A stretch of DNA of 63,948 nt, the filler included. It is 5 parts of 5 records of this genome, joined end to end, with 100 filler letters (N's around TTAATTAATTAA, not from the genome) between each part and the next. Parts side by side here need not be neighbours in the genome. Positions count along the whole stretch, not along the records: positions 16,912 to 33,808 come from SRR20825019_2362; 4 more parts are not named here. One strand, given 5' to 3'. Positions within the stretch are counted from its first letter, which is position 1. The number at the start of each line of letters is the position of its first letter. Position numbers and translations under genes: made by a program. Shown here piece after piece: positions 20,146 to 29,879 of the stretch. The notes under the pieces were generated by a model. The model made no database searches, had not been told where the DNA came from, and saw nothing but the letters and a program-made list of their open reading frames with translations.

Positions 20146-22908
20146 CTATTCGGCTGCCACAGCCTCCGCCGCCTCGACCCTTACGGCAGAGAATTTGAAC
20201 TCGGGGATCTTGCCGTATGGGTCCACCGCCGGATTAGTCAGGATGTTCGCCGCCGCCTCGACATAGGCGAAGGGCAGGAACACCATATCCGGCGCAACGG
20301 CGCGATCCTCGCGCGCCATAACCGTGATGCTGCCCCGCTTGGTAGTCAGCCGCACGTGCCCGCCCGCTGCCACACCCAGCTTGCGCAGGGTCGATGGATG
20401 CAGCGAACAGTTTGCCTCGGGCTCGATCCCGTCCAGAACCGTGGCGCGGCGGGTCATCGACCCGGTGTGCCAATGCTCCAACTGCCGACCCGTGGTCAGG
20501 ATCATCGGATATTCCGCATCCGGCACATCATCGGGCGCGATCACCGCCGCTGGGGTAAACTTCGCCCGCCCGTCCTTGCGCGGGAACCCGTCGCCAAAGA
20601 CGATGGCCTGCCCCGGGTCTTCGGGTGACAGCGACGGATAGGTCACGACGTTCTGTGTCTCAAGCCGGTCCCAGGTAATGTTGTCCAGCGACGGCATGTT
20701 CAGCGCCATCTCGGCAAAGACCTCGGAAGGGTTGGTATAGGTCCAGCCCAGCCCCAACCGCTTGGCCAGTTCGACCTCGATCCACCAGTCCTCGCGCGCC
20801 TCGCCCGGCGGGGCGACAGCCGCGCGGCCCATCTGCACCTGACGGTTGGTGTTGGTCACAGTCCCCGTCTTCTCGGCAAAGGCCGATGCCGGCAGGATCA
20901 CGTCGGCATAGTTCGCGGTTTCGGTGATGAAAATATCCTGCACCACCAGATGGTCCAGCTTGGCCAGCGCATCGCGGGCGTGTTCCACGTCGGGGTCGGA
21001 CATGGCGGGGTTTTCACCCAGCACATACATCGCCTTGATGTCGCCCGCGTGCACCGCGTCCATGATCTCGGTCACGGTCAGGCCCTTTTCGGCCGAGAAA
21101 TCCTCCGTGCCCCAAACCTCGGTAAAGGCACGGCGCACGCCTTCGTCGGTGACGTCCAGATAATCGGGCAGGAACATCGGGATCAGCCCGGCATCCGACG
21201 CGCCCTGCACGTTGTTCTGGCCCCGCAGCGGGTGCAGCCCCGACCCGGGCCGCCCCACCTGTCCCGTCATCAGCGCCAGCGAGATCAGGCAGCGGCTGTT
21301 GTCGGTGCCGTGAATGTGTTGCGACACCCCCATGCCCCAGAAAATCATCGCGGCCTTGGCACCGGCAAAGGTCCGCGCCACATCGCGCAGCACTTCGGCG
21401 TCGATGCCGCACATCGGCGCCATCTTCTCGGGGCTGAAATCCTTCAGGTGCGCCTTTTCGGCCTCCCAGTTCTCGGTATAGGCGTCGATGTATTGCTGGT
21501 CGTACAGCCCTTCCTCGACAATCGTGTGCATGATCGCGTTCAGCATCGACACATCCGCGCCGGGACGGAATTGCAGCATGTGGCTGGCAAAGCGTTTCAA
21601 CGCTTGCCCGCGCGGGTCCATCACGATCAGCTTGCCGCCGCGTTTGGTGAACTGTTTGAAATAGGTCGCCGCAACGGGGTGGTTTTCAATCGGGTTGGCC
21701 CCGATGACAATGGCCACATCGGCGTTCTCGATCTCGTTGAAGGTGGCCGTAACGGCACCGCTGCCCACGTTCTCCATCAACGCCGCCACCGACGACGCAT
21801 GGCACAGCCGCGTGCAGTGATCGACGTTGTTGTGACCAAAGCCCTGACGGATCATCTTCTGGAACAGGTAGGCCTCTTCATTGGTGCATTTCGCACTGCC
21901 GAAACCCGCAACCTCGCGGCCCCGCCCCTTCATGCCGGCGGCGGCAAAATCCAGCGCCTCGTCCCATGACGCCTCGCGGAAATGGGTCTGCCAGTTGGCG
22001 GGGTCCACGTTCAGCCCCTTGGCAGGCGCATCGTCGCGGCGGATCAGCGGTTTGGTCAGGCGGTGATCGTGGTGGATATAGTCAAAGCCAAAGCGTCCCT
22101 TGACACACAGGCGGCCTTCGTTCGCGGGGCCGTTGATGCCCTCGACGTATTTCACCTTGCCGTCCTTGACCTTCAGGCTGATCTGGCAGCCGACGCCGCA
22201 GAAGGGGCAGATGCTGTCAACCTCGGAGTCAAAATCCGCGCTGTCGCCTACCTGATCCGCGTCCACGACCGTGGCAGGCATCAACGCCCCCGTCGGGCAG
22301 GCCTGCACACATTCGCCGCAGGCCACACAGGTGCTGTCGCCCATCGGGTCGGCCATATCAAAGACCGGATAGGCATCATGCCCGCGCCCGGCCATGCCGA
22401 TCACGTCGTTCACCTGCACTTCTCGGCAGGCCCGCACGCACAGCCCGCATTGGATACAGGCATCCAGGTTCACGCGCATCGCGACATGGCTGTCGTCCAG
22501 CAGCGGAATGCGGCCTTCCTCCAGCTTGGGGAAACGGCTGTGGGTCACACCGTTCAGCGCGGCCATGTCCCACAGGTGGGCGGATTTGTCGTGGGCGACG
22601 TCCTGTGCCGGCTGGTCGGTCACCAGCATCTCGACCACCATCCTGCGCGCGGTTTCGGCGCGTGCGGAATTGGTGGTGACAACCATGCCCTCGCTGGGTT
22701 CGCGGATGCAGGACGCGGCCAGGGTCCGCTCGCCCTCGATTTCAACCATGCAGGCGCGACAGTTGCCGTCGGGGCGATAGCCGGGGGCGGGTTTGTGACA
22801 CAGATGCGGGATGACCAGACCGCGGCCATTGGCCACTTCCCAGATGGTCAGACCCGCCTCGGCCTCAACCTCTTGTCCGTCCAGTACAAACTTCACCACG
22901 TCCGACAT
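20146..22908 (-). CDS. fdhF: Formate dehydrogenase alpha subunit (Mo/W bis-MGD, Cys ligand)
   Basis: IPHLCH..GNCRACMVE (2Fe-2S), two CxxCxxCxxxC motifs, CPFCGVGC, NNVDHCTRLCHAS, PLRGQNNVQG, GKIPEFK; GAGG RBS before the ATG at 22908. Confidence 0.93.
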   Translation of the reverse strand: MSDVVKFVLDGQEVEAEAGLTIWEVANGRGLVIPHLCHKPAPGYRPDGNCRACMVEIEGERTLAASCIREPSEGMVVTTNSARAETARRMVVEMLVTDQPAQDVAHDKSAHLWDMAALNGVTHSRFPKLEEGRIPLLDDSHVAMRVNLDACIQCGLCVRACREVQVNDVIGMAGRGHDAYPVFDMADPMGDSTCVACGECVQACPTGALMPATVVDADQVGDSADFDSEVDSICPFCGVGCQISLKVKDGKVKYVEGINGPANEGRLCVKGRFGFDYIHHDHRLTKPLIRRDDAPAKGLNVDPANWQTHFREASWDEALDFAAAGMKGRGREVAGFGSAKCTNEEAYLFQKMIRQGFGHNNVDHCTRLCHASSVAALMENVGSGAVTATFNEIENADVAIVIGANPIENHPVAATYFKQFTKRGGKLIVMDPRGQALKRFASHMLQFRPGADVSMLNAIMHTIVEEGLYDQQYIDAYTENWEAEKAHLKDFSPEKMAPMCGIDAEVLRDVARTFAGAKAAMIFWGMGVSQHIHGTDNSRCLISLALMTGQVGRPGSGLHPLRGQNNVQGASDAGLIPMFLPDYLDVTDEGVRRAFTEVWGTEDFSAEKGLTVTEIMDAVHAGDIKAMYVLGENPAMSDPDVEHARDALAKLDHLVVQDIFITETANYADVILPASAFAEKTGTVTNTNRQVQMGRAAVAPPGEAREDWWIEVELAKRLGLGWTYTNPSEVFAEMALNMPSLDNITWDRLETQNVVTYPSLSPEDPGQAIVFGDGFPRKDGRAKFTPAAVIAPDDVPDAEYPMILTTGRQLEHWHTGSMTRRATVLDGIEPEANCSLHPSTLRKLGVAAGGHVRLTTKRGSITVMAREDRAVAPDMVFLPFAYVEAAANILTNPAVDPYGKIPEFKFSAVRVEAAEAVAAE

Positions 22909-23029
22909 CACTGTTGCCTCCCAGAACACTCGTCCCTTTCTATCAGGACGCGCGCGGCTGCGGGACTCCCATTCCCGACGCCCGAACCCGAATTTGCGCC
23001 ACTGATGTTTCCGATAGACGTCGCACCGT

Positions 23030-24451
23030 TCACCTGCGCACAAAGGCCAGCGTTGCGATCATCCCAAGTGCGGCCAGCGGCAGGCACGAGACATAGACCC
23101 ACTGGGCGACCTCAATGGCGCTTGAGCCCGTGGTCATGGTCAGGATGCCTGCCGCATTCGCGACCAACCCGACATAGACCGCGCCCAGCGCATAGCCCAA
23201 ACGCTGGACCGTCGGGATTGCGCCCGCAATGCGCTGGACCTCTGACGCCGATGCCAATGTTTCAGTGCGGCGCAGGACAAAGGTCCACGCCATGCCAAAG
23301 CCGATCCCTTCGATCAGGGCAACGAGCGCGATCAGCCACAGCGGCCCGTAGGGGACAGCGTAGAGCATTCCGGGCACGCTGGCGGCCACCAGTCCCATGC
23401 CCAGCGCAATCATCAGCCTGTCGGTCCGCTCGGAAAAGCCGCTGACAAGGATCGCGGCCAGCGTCCAGCCAATCGACCCGCAGCTGACCACGTAACCGAC
23501 GGTCAGCGCGGGCGCGTCGTGAATCGCGGTGATCAGCAACGGGCCAAAGGCCGCAATCGCGATGGTGGCCATGGACAGCGTGACAATCATCACCATCGCC
23601 GCCCCGATCCGCGTGCGCAGATCAAAGGGGCGATGCGGCAACATCCTGCTGTCGCCTGCGCGTGCGTCCAGCCACAGGAACAGGCCAAGGGCCGCGATCC
23701 CGCACAGGATCGTCACACCGCTGCGCAGGGGCGCGATGCTGACCCCGCTGGCCGCGATCAGCAGGATGGCAATGCACAGCAGCATAAGCCGGCGAAACGG
23801 AAACACAGCCCCGGCGCTTTGCTGCGGTGCAGGTTCGCCTTGCGGGCGCATGAAAATCCACACACCCAGACCAAACGCCACCGCACCAAAGCACACAAAC
23901 CCCCAACGCCACGTGGCATAGGCGACAAATGCACCGCCAAAAAGCGGCCCTAAAAAGGACGAAACACCCCAGATCGTCGACACCACCGCCAGCGCCCGCG
24001 CGGCATAGCGGCGGGGGAACAGCACGCTGATGGCGATAAAGCACATCGCCACCATGCCGCCACCGCCCAGCCCTTGCATCGTGCGTCCGACCAGAAACAG
24101 GGCCATCGTCGGGCTCGCGGCACTGACCAGACAGCCCAGCCCGAACATCCCCGCCGCCAGCGCCATCGGATGCCGCAATCCGATCCGCATCGTCAGGATC
24201 GCGCTGGCAGCGCCCGCCACGATCGAGCCCATCTCATATAGCGACACCGCCAGCCCGACCAACGACGCGCCCTTGATGTCGGCCACGATCGACGGCAACA
24301 TCGTGGCCACAATCAAACTGTCGGCGGCGTGCAGCATCACCGCAAGGCTGACCAGAATCAGCGCGGCCGTGTGCCCGCCGGTCAGAAATTCACGCCACGA
24401 AACATAGGCATCCGGCGCAGAGGTGGTTGCTATATCGGGGGCTTGGGTCAT
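23030..24451 (-). CDS. MFS transporter (14-TMS drug/metabolite exporter type)
   Basis: 473 aa, hydrophobic; FLVGRTMQGLGGG and LGPLFGG..WRWGF motifs. Confidence 0.88.
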   Translation of the reverse strand: MTQAPDIATTSAPDAYVSWREFLTGGHTAALILVSLAVMLHAADSLIVATMLPSIVADIKGASLVGLAVSLYEMGSIVAGAASAILTMRIGLRHPMALAAGMFGLGCLVSAASPTMALFLVGRTMQGLGGGGMVAMCFIAISVLFPRRYAARALAVVSTIWGVSSFLGPLFGGAFVAYATWRWGFVCFGAVAFGLGVWIFMRPQGEPAPQQSAGAVFPFRRLMLLCIAILLIAASGVSIAPLRSGVTILCGIAALGLFLWLDARAGDSRMLPHRPFDLRTRIGAAMVMIVTLSMATIAIAAFGPLLITAIHDAPALTVGYVVSCGSIGWTLAAILVSGFSERTDRLMIALGMGLVAASVPGMLYAVPYGPLWLIALVALIEGIGFGMAWTFVLRRTETLASASEVQRIAGAIPTVQRLGYALGAVYVGLVANAAGILTMTTGSSAIEVAQWVYVSCLPLAALGMIATLAFVRR

Positions 24452-24603
24452 CGTCTTCTCCTACTGACGATGACCTATGTAATTGCTCAACCCTACTTGA
24501 GATCAAGCCACAATTTACCCGAATTTAGTTTGCGCGGCGCCGCGTGACACTTTCCACGCCCGCGCCCCTCGCCTACAACGGCACCAAAGCGCGAAAGGCT
24601 GTC

Positions 24604-25257
24604 ATGTCCCACATCACTCTCATCCGCCACGGTCAGGCCAATTCCGGTGCCACCGACGAAGAATCCTACGACCGTCTGTCCCCCTTGGGCTTTCAGCAAG
24701 CGGCCTGGCTGGGTGCCCATATGCGCGACACCGGCCAGCACCACATGCGGCTCTATACCGGCACATTGCGCCGTCATATCGAAACCGCCGACGCGATGGA
24801 GACGGGGCTGACGCCGATCCGCGATGCACGGCTGAACGAGCTGGAGTATTTCAATCTGGCCGCTGCCCTGCGCGACGAACAAGGCATACCGATCCCCACC
24901 GAGCAGACCGAATTCACGGCCCACCTGCCCCGCGTGTTTGCGGCTTGGCAGAACGGAGAGATCGTCAATGTGCCCGAGACTTTTGAACAATTCGAAACCC
25001 GCGTCAGCGAAGCGTTGACCGAGATTGCCGAAGGGGACGGGCCTGCGCTGGTGGTCACCTCCGGCGGGCTGATTTCGATGGCGATGCGTCAGCACATGGG
25101 GCTGGACATCCGCGCCATGGCCAATCTGGCGCTGGCGATCATGAACACCTCGCAGCACCGGTTGTTCCCGGTCGGCGGCATCTGGTCGCCGGTCCTGTTC
25201 AACGCCGTGCCGCATCTGGAGCACCCAGACCGGCATCACGCCCAAACCCACGTCTGA
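24604..25257 (+). CDS. Histidine phosphatase (phosphoglycerate mutase family)
   Basis: ITLIRHGQ, LRRHIETA, RLNELEY, LVVTSGG. Confidence 0.9.
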   Translation: MSHITLIRHGQANSGATDEESYDRLSPLGFQQAAWLGAHMRDTGQHHMRLYTGTLRRHIETADAMETGLTPIRDARLNELEYFNLAAALRDEQGIPIPTEQTEFTAHLPRVFAAWQNGEIVNVPETFEQFETRVSEALTEIAEGDGPALVVTSGGLISMAMRQHMGLDIRAMANLALAIMNTSQHRLFPVGGIWSPVLFNAVPHLEHPDRHHAQTHV

Positions 25258-25278
25258 CCCTTTCAGAAAGGCACGATC

Positions 25279-25896
25279 ATGCATCTGTACTACACCCCAG
25301 GCACCATCTCGATTGCCGTGGCCATCACACTGGAAGAAGCGGGGTTGGACTATACCACCACCAAGATCAGCTTTGCCGACGCCGAGCAGACCAAAGAACC
25401 CTATCTGGCCAAGAACCCCAAAGGCCGCGTGCCGACGCTTGAGGTACAGGGTCAGATGCTGACAGAAACCGGCGCGCTGCTGGACTACATCGCCGCCAGC
25501 GCCCCGCAGGCCGGTCTGGTGCCCGCCAATCCGCTGGATGCGGCCCACATGCGCAGCGTGATGTACTATCTGGCCTCGACCATGCACATCAACCACGCCC
25601 ACAAAATGCGCGGCAGCCGTTGGGCCGACCAGCAATCCAGCTTTGACGACATGAAAGCCAAGGTGCCGCAGACGATGGCAGCCTCTGCACGCTATGTCGA
25701 AGATCACGCGCTCAAAGGTCCCTTTGTCATGGGCGACACCTTGTCGCTGGCCGATCCCTACCTGTTCGTGGTCTGCAACTGGCTGAAGGGCGATGAGGTC
25801 GACCCTGCAGACTATCCGCGCATCTCGGCGTTCATGGCCGCAATGGAATCGCGCGCCTCGGTCAAGGCGGTGCGTGCCAACGGCATGTTGCCCTGA
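25279..25896 (+). CDS. Glutathione S-transferase
   Basis: NPKGRVPTL, LTETGALLDYI, SLADPYLF. Confidence 0.92.
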   Translation: MHLYYTPGTISIAVAITLEEAGLDYTTTKISFADAEQTKEPYLAKNPKGRVPTLEVQGQMLTETGALLDYIAASAPQAGLVPANPLDAAHMRSVMYYLASTMHINHAHKMRGSRWADQQSSFDDMKAKVPQTMAASARYVEDHALKGPFVMGDTLSLADPYLFVVCNWLKGDEVDPADYPRISAFMAAMESRASVKAVRANGMLP

Positions 25897-26071
25897 TCTT
25901 CAGGTGTCAGGGAAACCGAATTTAGCGTCACATTCCTGACCCAGATCACCAAAGCGGAGCGCAAAAGCGGTCGTTCATGCCAGGCGCAGCTAAGGTCCGG
26001 TTTGAGTCCATATTGAACCCTGGCCGCACAACTGTCAGGATTGTTGTTGAACTGAAAACGAGCCATCCAGC

Positions 26072-26467
26072 ATGAAGCTTCTCAGAAATTACCAGATTTT
26101 CAGAGCCCAACGTCTAGCCGCAAAAGGTGACTTCATCACGGCAAGAAGTATCACCAACGCGCTTGTTGCGAAATTTCCGAGATCGGTAGGCTACAACTTG
26201 TTTAATGCTGACATTGATTTGTTCGCTGGAGACACCACAAGTGCATTGGATCGTTATGAAATTTGCAAGGAGCTTGTTGAAGTGAGCTCTGAGATGTCAT
26301 TTCGTAACAAGCGCTTTTACAACGCATACATTAATTTTCGCCAAATCGCTATCGACCATCACTTGGCGGGGCACGAATGGCCAGAATGGAGCGAATTCGC
26401 GATGCTCGTGAACGTTCTGGATGCAGATAGGAACATCAAAAACCTCTTTCTGCTCCCTACTAAGTAG
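26072..26467 (+). CDS. Low-GC orphan, helical (TPR-like) protein
   Basis: 131-aa ATG ORF visibly more AT-rich than its neighbours; helical pattern GDFITARSI...AGDTTSALDRYE. Confidence 0.65.
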   Translation: MKLLRNYQIFRAQRLAAKGDFITARSITNALVAKFPRSVGYNLFNADIDLFAGDTTSALDRYEICKELVEVSSEMSFRNKRFYNAYINFRQIAIDHHLAGHEWPEWSEFAMLVNVLDADRNIKNLFLLPTK

Positions 26468-26579
26468 CCAGTTGCGCATGGTCCGCTTTGTCCGCACACC
26501 CGACTTTCAGCCGCACGGCCTCGCCGGGTCAAAGGTCCAATTCAAACCGCTTTCGCTTGGCACTTGCACCTGACACGCC

Positions 26580-27308
26580 CTAACTGAAAATCCGGTAATA
26601 CAGCCAGTCCGGCAGAAAATTCGCCCCGCGAAACACCAAAGAGAACAGCCAGGGAAAGCTGGTCTTGAACTGATCTGTTTCCATGTGCTCGACCATATGC
26701 TGCGCGGCCTCTTCGGGCTGCATGATCATCGGCATTTTAAAGTCGTTCTTGTCGGTCAGCTGCGTCTTGATAAAGCCGGGATTGCACACCTGCACCAGCA
26801 CGCCTGTCTTGCGCAGATCGGCGTGCATACATTCCGCCAGCGACATTGTCGCCGCCTTGCTGGCGGTATATCCGATGGAACCGGGCAGGCCGCGAAATCC
26901 CGTCAGGCTGGACGTGATCACGATATGCCCCGCATCGCGCGCCACGAAGTCAGGCACCACCTGCCCCAGCACGCGCATGAACCCGGTAAAGTTGATGTCG
27001 GCCATGGCAACGGCCTGATCGGCATCCCACTCTCTGGCCCCGAACGGCCAATAGACACCAGCCAACAGCACCAGCCCGTCGATCCGGCCCACCGCCTTGG
27101 CGGCCTCCTTGACGCTGTCGTGGTCGGCAATATCAACGGTCTGGATCGACGCCTTTCCCGGCAATTCGTCGGCAAGCGCGCGCAGCTTGTCCTCGGAGCG
27201 GGCGGACAGGACCACCTCGACCCCGCGCGCGCTGAGCTTGCGGGCCAGTGCCGCCCCCAGCCCGTCGCTTGCGCCCACCAGCCAATAACGTTTGCCCTGC
27301 CAATTCAT
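26580..27308 (-). CDS. Short-chain dehydrogenase/reductase (RSP_1087-like)
   Basis: WLVGASDGLG, YTASK catalytic motif, PGFIKT; ATGA overlap with the upstream gene. Confidence 0.9.
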   Translation of the reverse strand: MNWQGKRYWLVGASDGLGAALARKLSARGVEVVLSARSEDKLRALADELPGKASIQTVDIADHDSVKEAAKAVGRIDGLVLLAGVYWPFGAREWDADQAVAMADINFTGFMRVLGQVVPDFVARDAGHIVITSSLTGFRGLPGSIGYTASKAATMSLAECMHADLRKTGVLVQVCNPGFIKTQLTDKNDFKMPMIMQPEEAAQHMVEHMETDQFKTSFPWLFSLVFRGANFLPDWLYYRIFS

Positions 27309-27892
27309 GTCGTACTCCCTGTCAGTTTGATCTGCGCCGCGCCGTCGGCGGGCCGGATGGTGGCGACCAGTTCGGCCACGCATATCCCCAGTTTGTAAAA
27401 CCGCGACCGGTTGGCGATGGTTCCGTTTGGCGTCAGATACATCCAGTCCACGGCGCGCAAAACATGCCCGCCCTGTGCCTCGGGCAATCTGATCCGGTAG
27501 CGCATCTGCAAGGCCGGGCCGCTGGTGATCCCTTGGGCTGTGCCCACCACATCCTGCGCCGTCGCGCTGAGATGGCCGCCTGCGTGGCAGCTCAGCGCCC
27601 AGGCGCGGGACTGTGTGGTGCCGTCGTCATAGGTGAACAATTCCTCCATCGTGCCGGTGTCGCCGTCCCATGTGGCCTGGATCTGTGCCTGAAAGCGGCT
27701 GGTGACGCGGCCAAGGGGGCCGTAAATCACACCTTCGCAGATCATCGGACCGTTCAGATGGGTCCGCAGGTCAAAGACCGGGCCATTAGCGCCGGCATAA
27801 TCGCTGGGCCGCTGGGCGGCGAAGCCACCCCAGTGTCGGCGTGCCCAGACCAGCGCCAGGATCAGGGCAAGCAATATCAGCGTAACGGTCAT
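27305..27892 (-). CDS. DUF3833-family protein (RSP_1088-like)
   Basis: FDLRTHLNG, EELFTYDDG...RAW, DWMYL..ANRS; position in the operon. Confidence 0.8.
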   Translation of the reverse strand: MTVTLILLALILALVWARRHWGGFAAQRPSDYAGANGPVFDLRTHLNGPMICEGVIYGPLGRVTSRFQAQIQATWDGDTGTMEELFTYDDGTTQSRAWALSCHAGGHLSATAQDVVGTAQGITSGPALQMRYRIRLPEAQGGHVLRAVDWMYLTPNGTIANRSRFYKLGICVAELVATIRPADGAAQIKLTGSTT

Positions 27893-29121
27893 GACAAGGC
27901 CTCCCTGATCGGTGTTGCGATCAGCAATGCCATCGCGAACAGTTTCAACCCGCAAGGCACCAGCGCATATAACACCGCCAACAGCGTGAGCGCCGATGCT
28001 GGGCTGTCCCCTGTGCTGTCGAACCCGGCGGACTGCAATGCGGGCAACAGGGTGACAGCGGCAAAGGCCAACGTGAACTTGGACACGAAGGACCAAAGGC
28101 CGAACCCGTCCGTTGCTCCCGGTGAAATCTGCGCCATGCGCGCGGCAAAGATCGCGGGCAGCAACGTCAGATCCGCGCCCAGCGCCGCCCCCGACGCCAG
28201 ACAGATCACCGCAAACCACAGCCAGTCGCCTGCGCCCAGAAACACCGCGCCGCCCAGCGACAGGATCGACAATGCCATCGCCGCCAGCAGCACAGGCTTG
28301 GGACCGTGGCGTTCGGCCAAAATACCCCAGACAGGTGCCGCACAGGCCGCCGCAAGGAAAAACAGCAACAGCAGCGGCCCTTCCTTGCCGCCTTCATCCA
28401 GCCGCGCATCGACAAAGAACAGAAACAGCGTGCTGGTGACCGCCACCGGGGCGGCATTCAGCAGGGCGATCAGCAACAGTCGCCGCGCCAGCCCGTCCCG
28501 CAACACCGCACGCAATCCGGTCGAGGCGGGCAAGCCCACCCCTGACCATTCGCGCCGCATCATCATCACCGCCAACAGCGCCAGAACGGCAAACCCCGCA
28601 GCAAATCCGGCAAACGGCGTTTGCATCCAGACCCCCAACCCCACCGGCGCAATCGCCGCGACACAGACCCCCAGCAACGCGCCCGTCTCGCGCCAGCGGG
28701 CCAGCCGAAGGTGGCCCTGACCTTGCAGACGATCTGCGGTCAGAACCCCTTGGGCATAGAAGACAATCGTGAGAAAGCTGAAGCCCGAAAACACCAACGT
28801 CAGCATCGCCGCGAACCACAGCAGCGGCGGCCCGACTGGGGGCACCGCGAACAGCCCCACCATCGCCAGCGCCATCACTGCAGCGGCCACCGCAACCGCC
28901 AGCCCACGCCTGTCGCGCAACCGGTCGCCCAGCCGGCCGAACAGCGGGTCCTGCACCACGTCCAGCAGCCGCAGGCCAAACAGGACGGCCCCCAAAGCGC
29001 CCAGCGACACGCCGTATTCATCGACATAGAACTTGGGCGCATGGATATAGATCGGCAGACCCGCCGCCGCCAGCAGTGCCGCAAACACAGCAAAGGCCGG
29101 AAGGCGCGGCGTGCGGCTCAT
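27889..29121 (-). CDS. MFS sugar/cation symporter-like protein (RSP_1089-like)
   Basis: LPIYIHAPKFY, RLLDVVQDPLFG; about 12 TM; 4-nt overlaps on both sides. Confidence 0.85.
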   Translation of the reverse strand: MSRTPRLPAFAVFAALLAAAGLPIYIHAPKFYVDEYGVSLGALGAVLFGLRLLDVVQDPLFGRLGDRLRDRRGLAVAVAAAVMALAMVGLFAVPPVGPPLLWFAAMLTLVFSGFSFLTIVFYAQGVLTADRLQGQGHLRLARWRETGALLGVCVAAIAPVGLGVWMQTPFAGFAAGFAVLALLAVMMMRREWSGVGLPASTGLRAVLRDGLARRLLLIALLNAAPVAVTSTLFLFFVDARLDEGGKEGPLLLLFFLAAACAAPVWGILAERHGPKPVLLAAMALSILSLGGAVFLGAGDWLWFAVICLASGAALGADLTLLPAIFAARMAQISPGATDGFGLWSFVSKFTLAFAAVTLLPALQSAGFDSTGDSPASALTLLAVLYALVPCGLKLFAMALLIATPIREALS

Positions 29122-29879
29122 CCCCGCGACACGTCCTTGGCGGGCGGAGCGGGGCGGGCGCGATAGGTGGCTTGTTTAATCCACAGCTTCAACGCCTGCC
29201 AATGGATCAGCGCCAGCACCCGGCGCGAACCGAACGGGCGGCGCAGCAATGCCCGCAGGATCGACCCGTTGCTCATGCGGGCCCGGCGGCCTGTCAACGT
29301 GGCGATCAATCCGCCCTGCCCCCGGCTGTAGTCGATCCAGATCCCGATGCGGTCGTCGCGGATGTCAAAGCGGAACTCGTACCCGCCCTCGACGGGCTGG
29401 AACGGCGAGACGTGGAAAATCTTGGTTGCCTGCATCCGGTCGCTGGGCGCAATCGGGCGATGGTCGGCGTGGTGGATCAGATAGTTGTGCCGGTCGCCAA
29501 AGGTGTTCGTCACCTCGGCTATCACCGCCAACAGCGCCCCGTCGGCCCCGCGACACAGCCAGAAGCTGACCGGATTGAACACATGACCCAGCAGCTTCGG
29601 CTGGGCCAGCAGCTCGACCTTGACCACGTTCAGCACCTGCCAGTCGCGCAAGACATCGCGCACCCACGCCGCACCGCGCCCCTCTCCTGGCGCACCGCCG
29701 TGATCCACATCGTCCAGCGCCGCCAGCCCGCGCCCGTTGCGGGTGAACAGGGACGGGCCGTGAACATCGGCTTCGGCATCCAGCAGCACATAGTCCACCG
29801 AATAACGAAAAGCGTTTTCAACCGCCCCCTTGCGCCCGTGAAAGGTTTGCGCCGCGATATGGTCAATGGCAGATGTCAT
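29118..29879 (-). CDS. DUF1365 protein (UfaO/RSP_1090-like, furan fatty acid pathway)
   Basis: FNPVSFW, AEVTNTFGDRH, KIFHVSPF, IHWQALKLW. Confidence 0.88.
   Translation of the reverse strand: MTSAIDHIAAQTFHGRKGAVENAFRYSVDYVLLDAEADVHGPSLFTRNGRGLAALDDVDHGGAPGEGRGAAWVRDVLRDWQVLNVVKVELLAQPKLLGHVFNPVSFWLCRGADGALLAVIAEVTNTFGDRHNYLIHHADHRPIAPSDRMQATKIFHVSPFQPVEGGYEFRFDIRDDRIGIWIDYSRGQGGLIATLTGRRARMSNGSILRALLRRPFGSRRVLALIHWQALKLWIKQATYRARPAPPAKDVSRG

Noticed and set aside
20146..22908. Selenocysteine or recoding in formate dehydrogenase
   Set aside because: The active-site position is an ordinary Cys (CTRLCHAS) and the frame has no internal stop.
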